Below, piece after piece: positions 25,748 to 40,048 of a stretch of 42,572 nt of DNA. The notes beneath the pieces are model-generated. The model saw nothing but the letters and a program-made list of their open reading frames with translations. It searched no databases and had not been told where the DNA came from. Numbering within the stretch: position 1 is the first letter of the stretch; each line of letters begins with the position of its first letter. The stretch spans positions 1-42,572 of the forward strand of contig JALJEE010000916.1 in the NCBI GenBank assembly GCA_023231475.1, written 5' to 3'. The DNA comes from Seison nebaliae (lineage: Eukaryota). The translations under genes and the position numbers were made by a program.

Positions 25748-28700
25748 TTAATCATCCAATTGACATAAGAGTGCTACTCCTCGTCCAATCCAATGTGATT
25801 CAGGATGTGCAGATGGCAATCTTACTGCAATAACAAAATTTGTTGAATGTCCAGTTGTTGATAATGTACCACGTCTTTCCGATGTCTTATAAACGGGTGA
25901 CACGTAAACTTCTTCTTCTGGCATATCTAGACGTTTAATCGGTTTAAACCAAATGACTGGCATCGGATCATATAATTTTTTGGGAGTTGATTCATCAATA
26001 GTGCGTTCCTTTCTATCCCATCGAGCACCTTCAATAAACAATCCATAAATATATGCACCTAAAATAAAAATGAATTGAATAATTAATTTTAAAAAGAAAT
26101 TTCACCATCATCAGGTGCACTTGTGGGTAACTGATCTTCCATTATTTCAAAAGTGAAAGTTAAGAGATCGATAGGGATCGTATATTTTCTTGCATAATTT
26201 TGCTGAACACCGGTAAGAAATGCTTGTGTAAAATAAAATCCAGAAAACCAAAAACATGGAGGCGCTCCAACATCATACCAATCCTTTTAAAATGATTTTA
26301 AAAGATTTATGAGAAAAATGAAACTTGAAGGAATTTAAGTCTGGCTAAGAAGTCGTTCACATAACTTCCCAATGGTTTTAGTGAGGGATATGATTTCTTC
26401 TTCCAAACTGATGGAATTTTCCCTTTCAACATCGATTCAGCAACATCTTCCAACTCATCAGACATTACAACTAAACCCTACAAACATATTAATCCCAGAA
26501 AAGGAAAATTAAGAAAAAGAAATAACTTTTATTGCTTTCCTTAAATCGATCAACGTCCTTCGAACAACATTCAGTAATTTATTGAATCTCACCATCTCTT
26601 GTACGAGGACGGTATTCATGCTTTGTGAATAATCGGTCGGATATTTTCGTAGAGCACTATCAATGTCGAAGTCATGAGGTAACCGAGTCAAAATATCAGC
26701 CGCCACTTCATCCAAAGTATCATCAGATGATTTACCTTCACCAGATGATGCATGTTTGGACTGATAAAAGAATAGATAAAATATTACGAATAAAAAGTGA
26801 AGAAAAATGTCAAATTAAATAAATTAAGCTTGAAAGAAAAAAATTGCTCATTTCTTAATTCACGTTCAGTTCAAAGATTCAAGGGAAACGGGGAAAAGTG
26901 GAAGAATAATAATCGATATTTTTGAAGGGGAAAATATAATGATTTTTCATACCATTCGAAAACGATTTTTTAATCTTAATTTATTCCATTTATTCATTTG
27001 AGATGATAATTTTAATTGTTTCATTAAAATTGGAATTCGAACATAGGAACTATAATCTCGCTTATCCGTCAAAATAAAATGAAATAAATATTAAATTGCA
27101 CTTAAATTACATGAAATTTCATAGGTTAATATTTCCAAAACATCCACTTCACTTTCTCTTTAACACATCGCAACACAAATTAATCGAGGGGGGCTTCAAA
27201 TTGTTTGGAGGTGAAGTTGATGAATCGAAAAACAAATAAAAATTTTAAAAATTTTTGGTGAAAAAGGAAGACAAAAAATATTTGAATGAAAATTTTCGTT
27301 TTGATATTCGTCCATTCTACCTCGTTGAACAGAAGAAGGATTAATCCCTAAATTAAACGTAATGGAGAATAACATAAAAAGGAAATTAAGGAGAATTCCG
27401 TCGAACGGAGAAAGATACAAAAACTTACTCGTTTCTATGAGAAATTGAGAAAGGAAATATGCGTTTTTGAGAGAGAAGAATTTAGAGTTATTGTACGAGA
27501 AAGATTCGAATGAAATAAGTGAAACTTGTGTAGACAAAATATTTTCGAATAAAATATAAGTCTCTTGTTGATCTTTGGTGATGTCAGCATTCTCATGCAT
27601 TCCAAATACATTGGGATGTGATACGATTGGTAATGTTCTGACATATTGCATATATTTCTCACCCTAATCATTATATTATAAAGAAATTTGAGAAAAGAAT
27701 AATAACATCTCCACTCTCGGGAACATAATATGTTCTATTTCCTGGTACTAGATAATATGGTTGATTGTCTTGGAAAAGATTTGTCGTATAATAATTCGCT
27801 AATAGAGTCTTTAATGTGCGACGGTCCCATTCTTCTGTAACGCGACCGCCATAATTGCATTCACCTGTTAAGTATAAGATTGCTTTATATTGAATTTCCT
27901 ATGTTAGGAGAAGTTTTTTCTATTATTAATTGTTCATAAGAATGATGGAAACTTGATAATCATCAAGGAACATATGAAGTTGTTGAACGGAAATTCTTAG
28001 ATCAGTTTCATTGAATTCATAAGGCGTATTCCAACCTAACGCTCCAAATTTCCTTCTTTCTTGAACGACAGCATGGAAGAAACATAAAGAAAATAATAAT
28101 CGCTGCCACGCCAACTACACAATGACTTTCAAATTTTAAGAAGAAATTTCAATAAAACCTGATTCTTACACGATTCATAAAAATCGGGATCGGAAATCGG
28201 GTCCATTAAATATGAACGAATAACATTATATCTCAATCCTTTGGGTGGTTCATTTGTCATTTTGACACCATTTTGTAAAACTGTTACAGGAAATATTTCA
28301 CTAGGATATGATGTTAACCAAAGACGGAAATCGGGATGAATCGTTTCCGGATTCAATTCTTCGCATAACTTCTCCAAAGTTGGCATCCAACTTGGAGCTA
28401 AATGACAATTTTGGAGGACGACCCATAATCCTTCTTTTACTGCTTGTTCGATCATTCGTCGAGCAATCGGTCCTTGTCCCTGTCCCAATGACAATGAATT
28501 CAACTTACTTCCACCAAATCCTTGATCATCAGCAAATTTGAGCAATGCAGCAGTTGGATCACTTCCAGGTGAAAGGAGAAAAATTAATGGAATTATCGAA
28601 TTCGAATCATTATAACAACGATTCAAATCGAATGGTGGTGGTTCTATGAATTTTTCACCTATTTTCACTTTGACAAATTCTTGTATTGCAGGAACTACTT

Positions 28701-31700
28701 TATCGGGTCGAAGAACACGCAAAATCATCAGACGTTGAAATTCATTAAAATTTCCTTGGTATGGATCGGGATAAGTTGCACTTTCCGGATTGAGTGAATC
28801 ATAAACTTCTTTCCATTGTTCTTTCAACTCAAGAAATTCCTTTCGAATTCCAGTGAAATTATCTAAATTGTCTAATCGACAAATCTCATCCCAAAATCGT
28901 GTTGGCAACCAAGTTGTTGGATTTGGATGAGGATTATCTAATCCGATACCTCCCGTAAGAAGAAATGCCCATTCTTTTTCATCGATTTCATCACGATGTT
29001 TCAACAGATTAATGCACAATGCAAATGAAAATAATAATTTGTCTTTCTCAAATAATGATCGACAAATATTTTCATATAGAGAGTAAGTGAAATAATTAGT
29101 CAGCGCAATCAATCGAACTTTTACGTCATCCGATTTTTCGGATTGATCGATGGCTGATATAAATAGATTGACGAACCAATTCAACGAATATTGATACATC
29201 GGTTCAATGTTGGCAAGATCGGCAATCGTAAAAAAAAGAATACTGGAATGAACAGAAATCGAAGTATAAGCACGACGTGCAATATCAATCTTTTCTTCCG
29301 TAGCTTCGGCAATTGTTTGTCGTTCAGTAATTTGGTTTGCTAAAACTTTCGATGAGGAAAGGATTTGGACGGCACTTTCATCCTCCAAAATATTTCCTTC
29401 AGATGATGATAATATTTGTAGAATTTTATCTTCGATGTCTTTCAATTGTTTCTTATTTTTAGCAGATTGAATAATTAGTGAATTCTTCTCTTCTTCCAAT
29501 TCTGGACGTTCTTTGGCAACAACAATTCCTAACAACTGATCCTCCAATCCTTCAGTTGTTATCATGAAATTTAACAAAGTTACTTTCACAGAAACTTCCG
29601 GCAAATAATGAGGATTACGATATTTAGTGGTAATATAAAATCGGAAATCTTCTGAATATTCGATGATGTTATCTCCCAATTTAATACAGAGACTTCCACT
29701 TTGTTTGAAAGTTTGTTTGAGTAAGAGCGGTTCTAATAATGGGTCTAATTCCTCTCCAATGTTCTCCAAAAGAATTGGATGGCCAAATTGAATACCATTC
29801 TCTAAATTCCTTACGTAGTCATGATCAGAAAATTTTATAATATGCAAATTATTAGTTTTCTCCATATTTTTCACCCATTTATTCGCTTGGCCTTGTGGAT
29901 CGATCATTAACGGCCATCGGTTAGAATTTCTATCAATTTTCATCATCATTATATGGGAAAATGGAAAAAAAAACTTCAGAATTATTGCATTCTCTATTGA
30001 GAAGGTATCGGCGGGTAAACCAGCTATATTCCAAGACCGTATCACTACCGGATCACCGATAGTCCGAATTAATGAGAAGTTAGCGGAATAAAGAATTTCT
30101 TTTTCCTGAATCAAATTTATCCAATCTTTCATTTGGGACTTTAACAAAAATGATTTCCAATTCAACTTAATTCGATTAAAATGTAACTTGTCTATAATTG
30201 GCAGTGAATGCGCCGAGATATGCAATTACACCCGATCCTACTAATACATCGCCTGTAACGAATACGAGTAGTTTACCTAAATCTTTTGCCATTTCAGTCC
30301 ATCGATTCTTCTCGCCACCTAAACCTCCAATCAATGCTTCGGCCCTTTCTAACGTTTGTTCACAAGCCACCACCTAAACAATATTGAAAAGTAGTTTTGA
30401 AATGAAAATTTTCAAAATTTAAACTTTCTTTTCATGCATATCTTTCTCTTCTTTGGCTGTGTCAAGTTTACGTTGTAAAGCAGCTAACTTCTCTTGAACC
30501 TCACGTAATCCAGCTCTCTTCTCTTCTAACGCAGCTTGGGCTGTCGCATATGTTTTCTCGGCATGAGCTAACTTCTCCTGGTGAGGCGCCACCATTCGAC
30601 GTACCCTAAACATAAACTTGAGAAGATTATGGGAGAAGAAAAATAAACTTTTCATATTCGTCCATTGCTCTTACCCATTTGCATAAACCTTCGGCAGCAG
30701 TAGAAGCAGTTTTAATTTTCTCGGGAACAAAATCAGGATTGGGTATATATTTCTCTCGAATAACTTTAATTAGATTCGGTGGAATATTGTTCTAAAAAAA
30801 GCAATATATAATCACAGGAATTATGGAATGTTGGTGAAAAACTTTGTCGAATTCTTTCAATTCTTGCAGGAATCCCATTTCTCCAAGTTTCTTTTTAGCC
30901 GGTCCCCAATAATCTTCTATTCTTTTTCCTGTTGCGTCAGGTACACGGTCCGGTTTAATACCTTTCAGTACCAGAACTGCTTCCATCGCTAATCGTACGC
31001 CAATTGGAGGAAAACGTAAAGTTTTAATTTCAGATATCGCCGTTTGTGTTACAGTATTCAAAGCGGCTTCAGCTCGTTCTTGAATTGGCAGTACTTTCTG
31101 CAAATCACTATCACATTGTTCTCGAATTTCTTTAGCTACTCTGGCTTGCTCGTTTGCCACTTCCTCATCTTTAGCCACCACTTTCTCTTTCTTAGCCACT
31201 TCTATTGATTCGTGTTCAATGTCTTGCATCATCGCATCGACTTTCTTACTTGCTTCTAACAACTTTGGTTGTAGTTGAGTTAACTCAACTTGCATTTCTC
31301 CAATCATCACGGCCGCATTATCCAACTTTTCCAAACCAATTTCATATCGACTCTTTTGAGTGATAATACTAGTTCGACTCTTGATGACAAGTGACTTGAA
31401 TATACTGATCAATTCGAGGTAACTTGTCGGTGTCACATAATTGTGTCGATCAGTTTCTTGCAAAAACTTTTTCGATAATTCCACAGTTGTTGTATGGAAT
31501 TTAATACAACAATCGACACATCCTTGTAATAATGCATCTGTTTCAAATTCGATTTCAGTAAAACTTTTATGAGCGACAGCTTCCAACGCTTCTTCAGGCC
31601 ATGCTTGAAACCAATTTATCGTACAACAATTAACCAATGAAGGAAATTTTCTTAATCTGGTACGAAATGCATCACCTATTGGCGACATACAAAGCATGAT

Positions 31701-34700
31701 GTGTAATTGGTCTCGACATCGTTGAATGAAAGCATTGAAGAGTGCAGTTGGAGAACCGTCACATTGTTGACTTTTATCTTTCAAACGATCTAATACTCTC
31801 ATTTTTTCACAGATTTCTGCTTTCTCGTCTGGTGGAAATAAATTTGGCACTTCACCTGCATTCAATAAATTACTAATATCTTCCAAGAATGATTCTAATT
31901 TTATTTGAGTATCGGAAAATATAAAGACACCATGTTGATCGGTTTCCGTTGATTTCCTGAGAATAATCTTTAAATCTTCTCGCCATTCATTAACACCATA
32001 AGATTTACTAATTTCCACTTGGAATTGTTCGTAATCGGCTAAATGTGCTGCTAAACGAGAAACGGATTGTCTTCCCGAACCTCCAACTCCGACTAACAAT
32101 CCGTGTGATCTGGGTGATTTTAAGATGCGACAAACACGACAAATATGTTGAATTGCAAAATTGAACATAACGAGATTCATCGGTTTCTTTGTTAAATTAT
32201 TGAATTCATCTAAATTCCTTTCAAGAATCTTCCTCAACTTTCCAATATCAGTAACTTCTTCATATCGATGTGTTTCACCCGTTTCATCATTGAAATCACA
32301 ATACAATAATGATTTCAAATCATTCTCACTGATACCATCCTGATCATCATGAATAAGATGATCGAATAAAACTTTAAAACTTTCTTTAAAGTGAATTGTC
32401 GTTCCACGAACAATATAATTGTACAACCAACTACGATCCTTATCATCAATTAATCGATCATAAAATACACGAAGAATTTCATGAATCGTCAATCTTTTCA
32501 TAGAACGTACATCTCTGCAACTTTCCGGTTCTGAAAGTAGAATGCCTTGAACGATACGAGAGAAATCTCTCAAGTTGAATAAATAATGCGACTTTGCTGG
32601 AGTTGGCAATAATTGGAGAGTTGATTGTTTATAGATATCGATCACCAAATCTACAATCATTCTTGACATATGTTTAAAGTCTTGTGAGAAATTCTTCATA
32701 TCTAAATGCCAATCGACAATCGTTTGGAAGATTCCTTTCATTGACGAATCATCAAATTCATTAATCGCCAACATATTGAAATGTCTAATAAATCTTTCCG
32801 TCACTGAATTTCGACCACCACCTGGTGGACCCATTGCCGTCAAAATTTGAATATCTTGCAGAACTAATTTCGTTTGATCTTTTCTGTCATACCAATTACC
32901 ATGATCGAGGAATTGTCTTAATAATTCGATTGGTGGTTGTGCACCATAAATTTCGATCTGTGGCATATTAACATCATCGATAAAGACGAGACTTTTGAAA
33001 TTTAAAGGTGGACCATAAATACCTTTTCGTCGTTTGTCTAATTTCGACATAATAATATCTTGAGTTTGATTGGCACTAGTTTGTGCGGAGAAATTAATGA
33101 TGATTACAGGTTTATATTCATTATTATTCGCATCATGAAGTAAATAATTTGTAATATATGAACTTTTACCAGTTCCCGTTGGACCAACTACCATTATCGG
33201 AATTTTCAATCTAACTAAACGATCAATAAGAAATTTATATCGAACTGTATCAATTGTGGGGACGATTATTTCACTGAATGTAATTCCTTTAGGTATAGGC
33301 GGTGATTCTTGTGCCGTTTTCGACCATGCTTCCCATGAACCACCACCTTCAGTAACTAATTTATACTGATAAATTAATGAATGATCAGAGAATGTTGATG
33401 TCTGAGGATATTGACAATTAAATTGTCGTTCTGGTGGTGCAATTGCAGTCAATTGACCAGTTGTATGGAATTCTCCTTCCGATATTCCTTCAATCATTAA
33501 TCGTCGAAAAAATACATCAAATTTCTCACGTGAAGGATTATCTAAACAACTTCCAAATGTCCATGTCATAGAAAAGAAGAACATACCATCGATAAGTGAT
33601 TGAATAGTTCCCGAATCGAAAGTTTTATATTGTGATTGATCCATAAATCCAGCTCGGTCTAATTCCGTGTTCATGAAATTCAACAACATATTTACCAAAT
33701 GCATATCAGATGTCGGTAACAATTCCTTCAAATGCATTCGTCTAATAAAATCGATGGACGGTTGCAAAAACCGACGAAATAATGCATCCACTTGTTTCTT
33801 CGTTGCTTCATGAAAGAATTCTGGTAATCGATTTCTCCACGACTGTATAATTGGAGCAAATCCTAATGACGCCGGTTCCATATAAATCATACCACATCTA
33901 GAAACAGTGGCTGGAGAAGCTTGTTCCAAATCCATCGGTTCGAAAATCATACTCATTTGTGGTGTCATTTGAATGATTTCTCCACTTGTCAAACACAATT
34001 TCTTATTGTCATCCAAAACTGTATTCAAATTTTCAATCCATACCGCATCAACCGGTCCATCGAATATTAACCATTTTCTGTCGGGTGAAGGATTGGTAGC
34101 AAATGCTCGATAAGACACCGCTAAAATCCCATCACTCCATTCGTGAGAAACTGCATCGAATTCTCCATATAATTGGCCCATCGTAATTGATTTTGGATTA
34201 ATGACTCTTATTTGTACTTTTTCATGATCATCTAGCAATTTCTTCTCATTAATAAGACCCAACGCTTCCGCTAATGTTCGATATGCAGTTGTCTTCCCAC
34301 CAAATGGCAATCCCACAATCATAAAGCCATGACGTACAATCATCATTTCATAGATTTGTTGTACTTTTTGTAAGAAGAAATCAGTTAACTGAAGATTATT
34401 CTTCTCACAAACTTCTTTCACTGCATCATTCAACACGTCATAATCAGGTTTTGGTAAATGAACTCCGGGAAATAAATCGGATGCAATTCCATCAAATAAA
34501 GGAAGATCATGAGATAAGAATTTAGGGAGATTTACATCGATAATCGAACGTAACATGAGAACTTCTTCATTCTCTTCAGGATATTTCAATTTTAGATTTC
34601 CTGCTGCTGTTAATACGGATTTGACAGCTCTCATACCATAATCATAATGATGTTGTGAAGACAATTGTTCCGAACATAAACGATACGTAGCAACAATCTT

Positions 34701-37700
34701 TACACTGAGTGGACGTGCATCTTTGAAACCGAAGGAATAAAGAACGATTTCAGAGATCATTGCATAATCAGGTACCATCATAGCAACCGGTCTAAAGAGT
34801 GCCTTCAAATTATCGGGTAATTCTGAACGTCCAGCATAACCAGGATTCATTGTAATAAAAACGGCACATGTTGGATCTAATTTGATGTCAGTTCCTTCGA
34901 AAATGATACGATCTGCTCCTCGTTGGACACCTCGTTGAATGGTGAGAATTTGTTGTGCTACTACAGACAATACTTCTAATTCGATACGATTGAATTCATC
35001 GAAGCATGACCATGCACCACAGGAAGCGAGACCTTTAAAGAATTTACCGAGTGCAATATAATCTAAACCATCTGAACAATTAAATACGACACATTGTTTG
35101 GCGACTGCCTTCGCTAAATCTTTTGTTGTTTCTGTTTTGCCAGTACCAGCAGGTCCTTCTGGTGCTCCTCCTAAATGTAAATGTAATGCACTGAATAATG
35201 TTCGATAACAACGATCAGTTAATGGTGTAATAACTAATCTTCCTGAATTACCAAGATATTCATATCCATAAGCTAATTGGGCATTGATCATTCGAGTAAC
35301 GAGTTCCTTATTTTCAATATAATATCTCATTTGTGATAACCAGGCAAAATCATTTTCTTTCGAAACCTTCTCCGCAATTATCGATACCAAAACATCTCTC
35401 GCATGTACATCGAGTACAACTAATGCTCCTAATGTCGTACGGTTTTGTTTCGACAATTTACCACGAACCAATTCGACAATTTCATTAATTTGTTTATTAT
35501 TCAATTCAAGATAAGTATTAAGAGCAGCTTCACCGCCTCGAATAGCTGCATGTACTAATTGCGTCCAATAATATTGAGAGACACAAAGAACCGCTTGACC
35601 CATCCAATTCTTTACCCATGATGTTCTCGCTGTTTTATCATAGGCATCGACTGATTCGAAAATAACTTCTCGTACTGAACGAATCATTTCATTCTCCAAT
35701 TCTAATAACCATTTTTCCACTTGTCCTCGAGCTTTCGATGTGTTGATGGACGCTTGTAATGGTACTTCTTCTCCTTCTGATGATATCATATGAGTGATAT
35801 CTAACGATGATGTAAAAGTGACGGAGGAGATACCTTCGAAACATTTTCGGAAATGTGGTTGTACTCGTGTTGGATCTTTTGTTTCTGATAAAATTTCTAA
35901 TAATTCATCATTCGATAAGAAGAAGAAACGTGGAAAGAATAATCGTTTCTTTTCCAAATATGCATTCAATCCTTTCAAAATCAATTCTAATAATTCGTTC
36001 GATTTCTGCAATTTCTCCAACATCTTCTCAATATGAATAATCTGCAAACAATGCTTATCGACGATTGCTAATTTCATTATCTCCTTCCAATGTTTGTCGA
36101 CGGTGGAGAATCGTCGTCCTTCTTCCGGCATTTGAGCCATAATATCTGGTGATGAAAATATCGGTTCGAGATATAACCAAGTCGATTGGACTTTTAACCA
36201 TTCGTCTAAAATGTCTTGTAATGACAATAAATTTGTTTCCCATTCTTCTAAATTTGCTTGGAATGGTTTAATGAATGGACTTCCTCTCATCGTTTGAGTT
36301 TTCACAATATGATCATCTAACAACATTTGTATTTCGTCTACCGACGATAAAATATGAGTTCCCGTTTCTCGATAAGGAACAATGACAAATTCCATTTCCA
36401 ACCATTCCTTCTGCATCTTATCTAATGCTTTCTCTAAAGAATATTCTTTGGAAGCCGCTTCGGATATTGGACGGAATTTCTCGACGAATTCAGTTAAATT
36501 CATATCAATAATTTTCGTCAATGTCGTCTCTTCATCGGGTTTGAATGGATATCCGATAATATTACTAATATGTTCCCAATGCCTTTCTCTCATTCCCGGA
36601 TTGAATAATGTTTGAATTAATGGTAAATGATCTTTAAATTCGTCAATATGTGATCGGATTTTCACTGCCATCTTTCGAGCTGCTGGTACATTTCCAAATT
36701 GTCTCTCCAACTTATACAATTGTCGCCAATAAGTACTGACATCTTGATCGACAGTATCCGGATCAACTTTCCTCATTGGACCTTCACGCCATTCTTTCTG
36801 TTTTGAACTGAATTCAACACCGATTTGATATAAACGTAAATATGGTTGAAGAATGTTCAATGTCTGCATTCGTAGAGGATAGGAAGATACTTCCCATTCG
36901 AATGCTTCTTCTTCCTTATTAAATTGATCAATACGATCTGCTGCTGCCACCAATTTCTGTTCTAATAATTGTGCTTTCTTATAATATCTTTGAATTTCCA
37001 TTAAATCACCATAAACTTCGAATTCATCCACCTGCTTCACATAACCATCCAATTCTTCTACGAATTTCTTCTTCTTTTCTATCAATTTCTCTTGGTAATG
37101 TGTCTCTCGTTCTGCAATGATCTCTCGATGTTGTTCGAAAACTTCTTTCATTCTTTCATGCCATAAAAATGTCTGATTATTCAAATTTATCTCCGATTGA
37201 GTAAATGTCACAAAATCAAGTAGAACACTCAAACGTTCTTTGGCTTGATACAATCGACGTTCCATATCCAACAGTGTTTTCTCTTCCGCATTTTTTACGA
37301 ATTCTCTTAACTCAACTAGTTCTGCCGTATCAGTTGGCGTTGTTAATGCTTTCTCTGCTATGAAATTATATTCATGACACAATCTAAAAATATTTGATTT
37401 CAACATTAAATAAGTTTAATTTAAGAAAATCATATTCTAAATTTAAAGTGTGAAAATTAGAGATTTAACTTTTAAAAATAAATTTAGAAAATTAGTTAGA
37501 AATGAAAAGAGTCTTAGTAGATTCGAAAAAATAAAGAAATTTAAATAAAAATGAAAATATTCCGATAAAGAGAAGACAACAATTGAATATGGAAAATCGA
37601 ACTTTTCATTCGCGACGACATGATCGTGTACCATTCTCTCCAACAATTTAGTGACACATCCATCGATACGTTTAGTTAATGATCTGATTAATTCTTCGTT

Positions 37701-39947
37701 GTGTAATTCGAACATACCAATATTCTCAATTTTATTCACATTATTTTGAATATCATCAGTTAATCGTCGAAATTTTTTCACTTCCATCGTATAACGATAG
37801 AAAGTTACTTCTTCATTCTTTAAGAAATTATTTACATCTTCCTCTGCTTTCCTCATGATAAGTGTATTGTATCTGACGAATTTCTTCAAATAATTTACGG
37901 GACCAACTTGTTCCTCTTGTAACATAAATTTAATAGCATCCTGATTCTCTTGCAAAATATTTGGGAGAACGATCGGATCTAAAGTTGGACCTTGGACGAC
38001 CGATCGTTGATAAGTTAATCGATGTCCTACTCTCGTTTTCGTTTCTTTAGCAGCAGGAATTTCAACTTCCTGGACTGGTTGACCATCCAATCCACTATCG
38101 ATTATACCGTCAGCGAATAAACGTGTTTCGATTCGAGGTAATCCCGAACATGATTGAACAATCACTTCGAATATTTGAAGGAAAACCTGTTCGAATTGTT
38201 GGAAGGTTGGCTGGAATTGGATCTCCTTATCATTCAATATCAATCGAATGATAAATCCACGATGTAAATATTTACCGGCAGATGTTCTTGTTGGATCATC
38301 AGGTGTCAACAATAATGTTCGGAATTCAGCCAAAGAATTCATTGCCAAATCATGTAGACATCGATTCATTAATGTGGCGGTTGCATTGAAGAAATTAGTG
38401 ACTCGTTGTCGATTAATATCACGAACAATTAATTGTTGTTCTCGTCTAAGAACTGGATCCTTTATCGATTTATCTGCTTGTGGTGTCATCGATGATGGGA
38501 TTTCTTTGAATTTATTCGCATTGTAAACAATTTGTTGAACTTCATTTATCCACTTTTTCAGTAACATATCCTTCCCCGTCTCACATTGACGCATTGCCAA
38601 ATTTTGAAATTCTCCTAATTCAATTGCAATATTTCTCCCTTGAAATTCTTGTGTGTCAACCATACGATATTTACTGTTAATCATATGAAATTTAGTTAAT
38701 TTCTATTGATTAAATCCAAACCTGAATTCTTTATTCCAATAAGCGAGTATTCGTCCAAGACATGGATTGATCGAATGAAGATTCAACTTCAAAAATGCTT
38801 TCGCACGAATATATGACTTAGCCCAAAGTCTCGGTACTTTCCAAAAATCTTGTCTATGTGGCAACAAATCATCTCTCATATCTTCTGTTACTTCTTCATC
38901 GCGAACATCTCGAAGAACGAAATCCACTGAATAATTTTAAAAATATTAATTATAATTAATATAAAAGAAAACCGATCGCTTTCTTTACTGCCACCAAATA
39001 ATCATCTTTCATCTCTTCCGACAATTTATCAACAGTTCGTCGATGTGCATGTATCAAATGCATAGGCAATTTCGATAAAACATTCCTCAACCAATTATTC
39101 TCCAATGCAGCAACGTCTTCCGTATCGATTCCGTTATGAATATAATAATAATATCTCTATAATAGTCGTTAATGCAATTCATATGTTAAAATATATCCCA
39201 ACCAAAATATTCGCTTCATCACTCGTTAGTCTCGTATCCGGATTTTGTGCATTCTTCTCCAAGAAATCTGACTTCAAATTTTCCATATTAAACTCATCAT
39301 TCCTTTGAAAGAAAATGGATAATTGATGCAAAGCTGACGAATTACAAACATGATAATTTTTACGAGAGATTGTCGAAATTGTTCTCGTAGTTTCATGTTT
39401 TGTTGATGTTGCAATTTGAGTACTTGACCAATGCTCATACCATTAATAATTTCACGTTTACCACATTGAGGAATAACTTCTTGTGTACGACCTTTTGTTT
39501 GACGGTCATTTACTTCAAATAATTCGAATTGAAACTAATTAGAAATATGACTTAGAAACCTTCCTGTAGTTGTTTTGCAACATCTTTTTCGGTTCGATCA
39601 ACTTCCGGTAATATCTCTCCAGTTAATGTGGCTCCCGTTAACGAGTATGATGGTTTTATTTGACTCCAAATCGGTTTCATTTGAACGTTATCAAATTTAG
39701 GTAGATATTGTGTTGGATCATTCGTCCCTTTACCTTTGGTGGGAACGGTAATGATTTCCATATTCTATTCACAATAAATATTTCCAATTAATAGTCGAAT
39801 GTAATATGATATTAACCTCGCCTTCTTCAATGGTGACTGTCGGCTCCTCCAAACCCTACAAGCAGAAGATCATAAACAGATATTCATTTTAAATTAATTT
39901 CCCCTAACCGAAGGTTTAGGAGACTTCTTCTTTTTGATTTTACTCAT
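25748..39947 (-). CDS. DNAH7: Axonemal inner-arm dynein heavy chain, DNAH7-like, 21 exons, ~4119 aa
   Basis: P-loops [65 protein letters not shown]-terminus [15 protein letters not shown]...[15 protein letters not shown]. Introns at 39856-39908, 39765-39816, 39513-39559, 39303-39349, 39157-39202, 38927-38972, 38674-38721, 37384-37602, 30792-30842, 30606-30648, 30374-30424, 30139-30187, 29930-29974, 28115-28158, 27899-27952, 27664-27706, 26761-27525, 26478-26526, 26284-26324, 26059-26105. Exons sum to 12360 nt, in frame. Confidence 0.92.
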
Positions 39948-40035
39948 ATTTCCAACTAAAACTAATCAATTGATCATTTCAATCATATTATTTAATTCTG
40001 AACAATTTATTAGTGTTTTCCTCAACGTTATCACA

Positions 40036-40048
40036 GTTGTCAAGTAAC
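40036..40048. promoter_or_regulatory. Candidate 13-bp RFX X-box upstream of the dynein gene
   Basis: GTTGTCAAGTAAC (reverse complement GTTACTTGACAAC), ~90 bp upstream of the inferred ATG at 39947. Confidence 0.65.

Noticed and set aside
17377..39308. Plus-strand ORFs antisense to the EGF and dynein genes
   Set aside because: Shadow frames of real coding sequence
25748..39947. Pseudogene, frameshifting or alternative genetic code as the reason for fragmented ORFs
   Set aside because: Every break is resolved by a GT-AG intron that restores conserved motifs under the standard code
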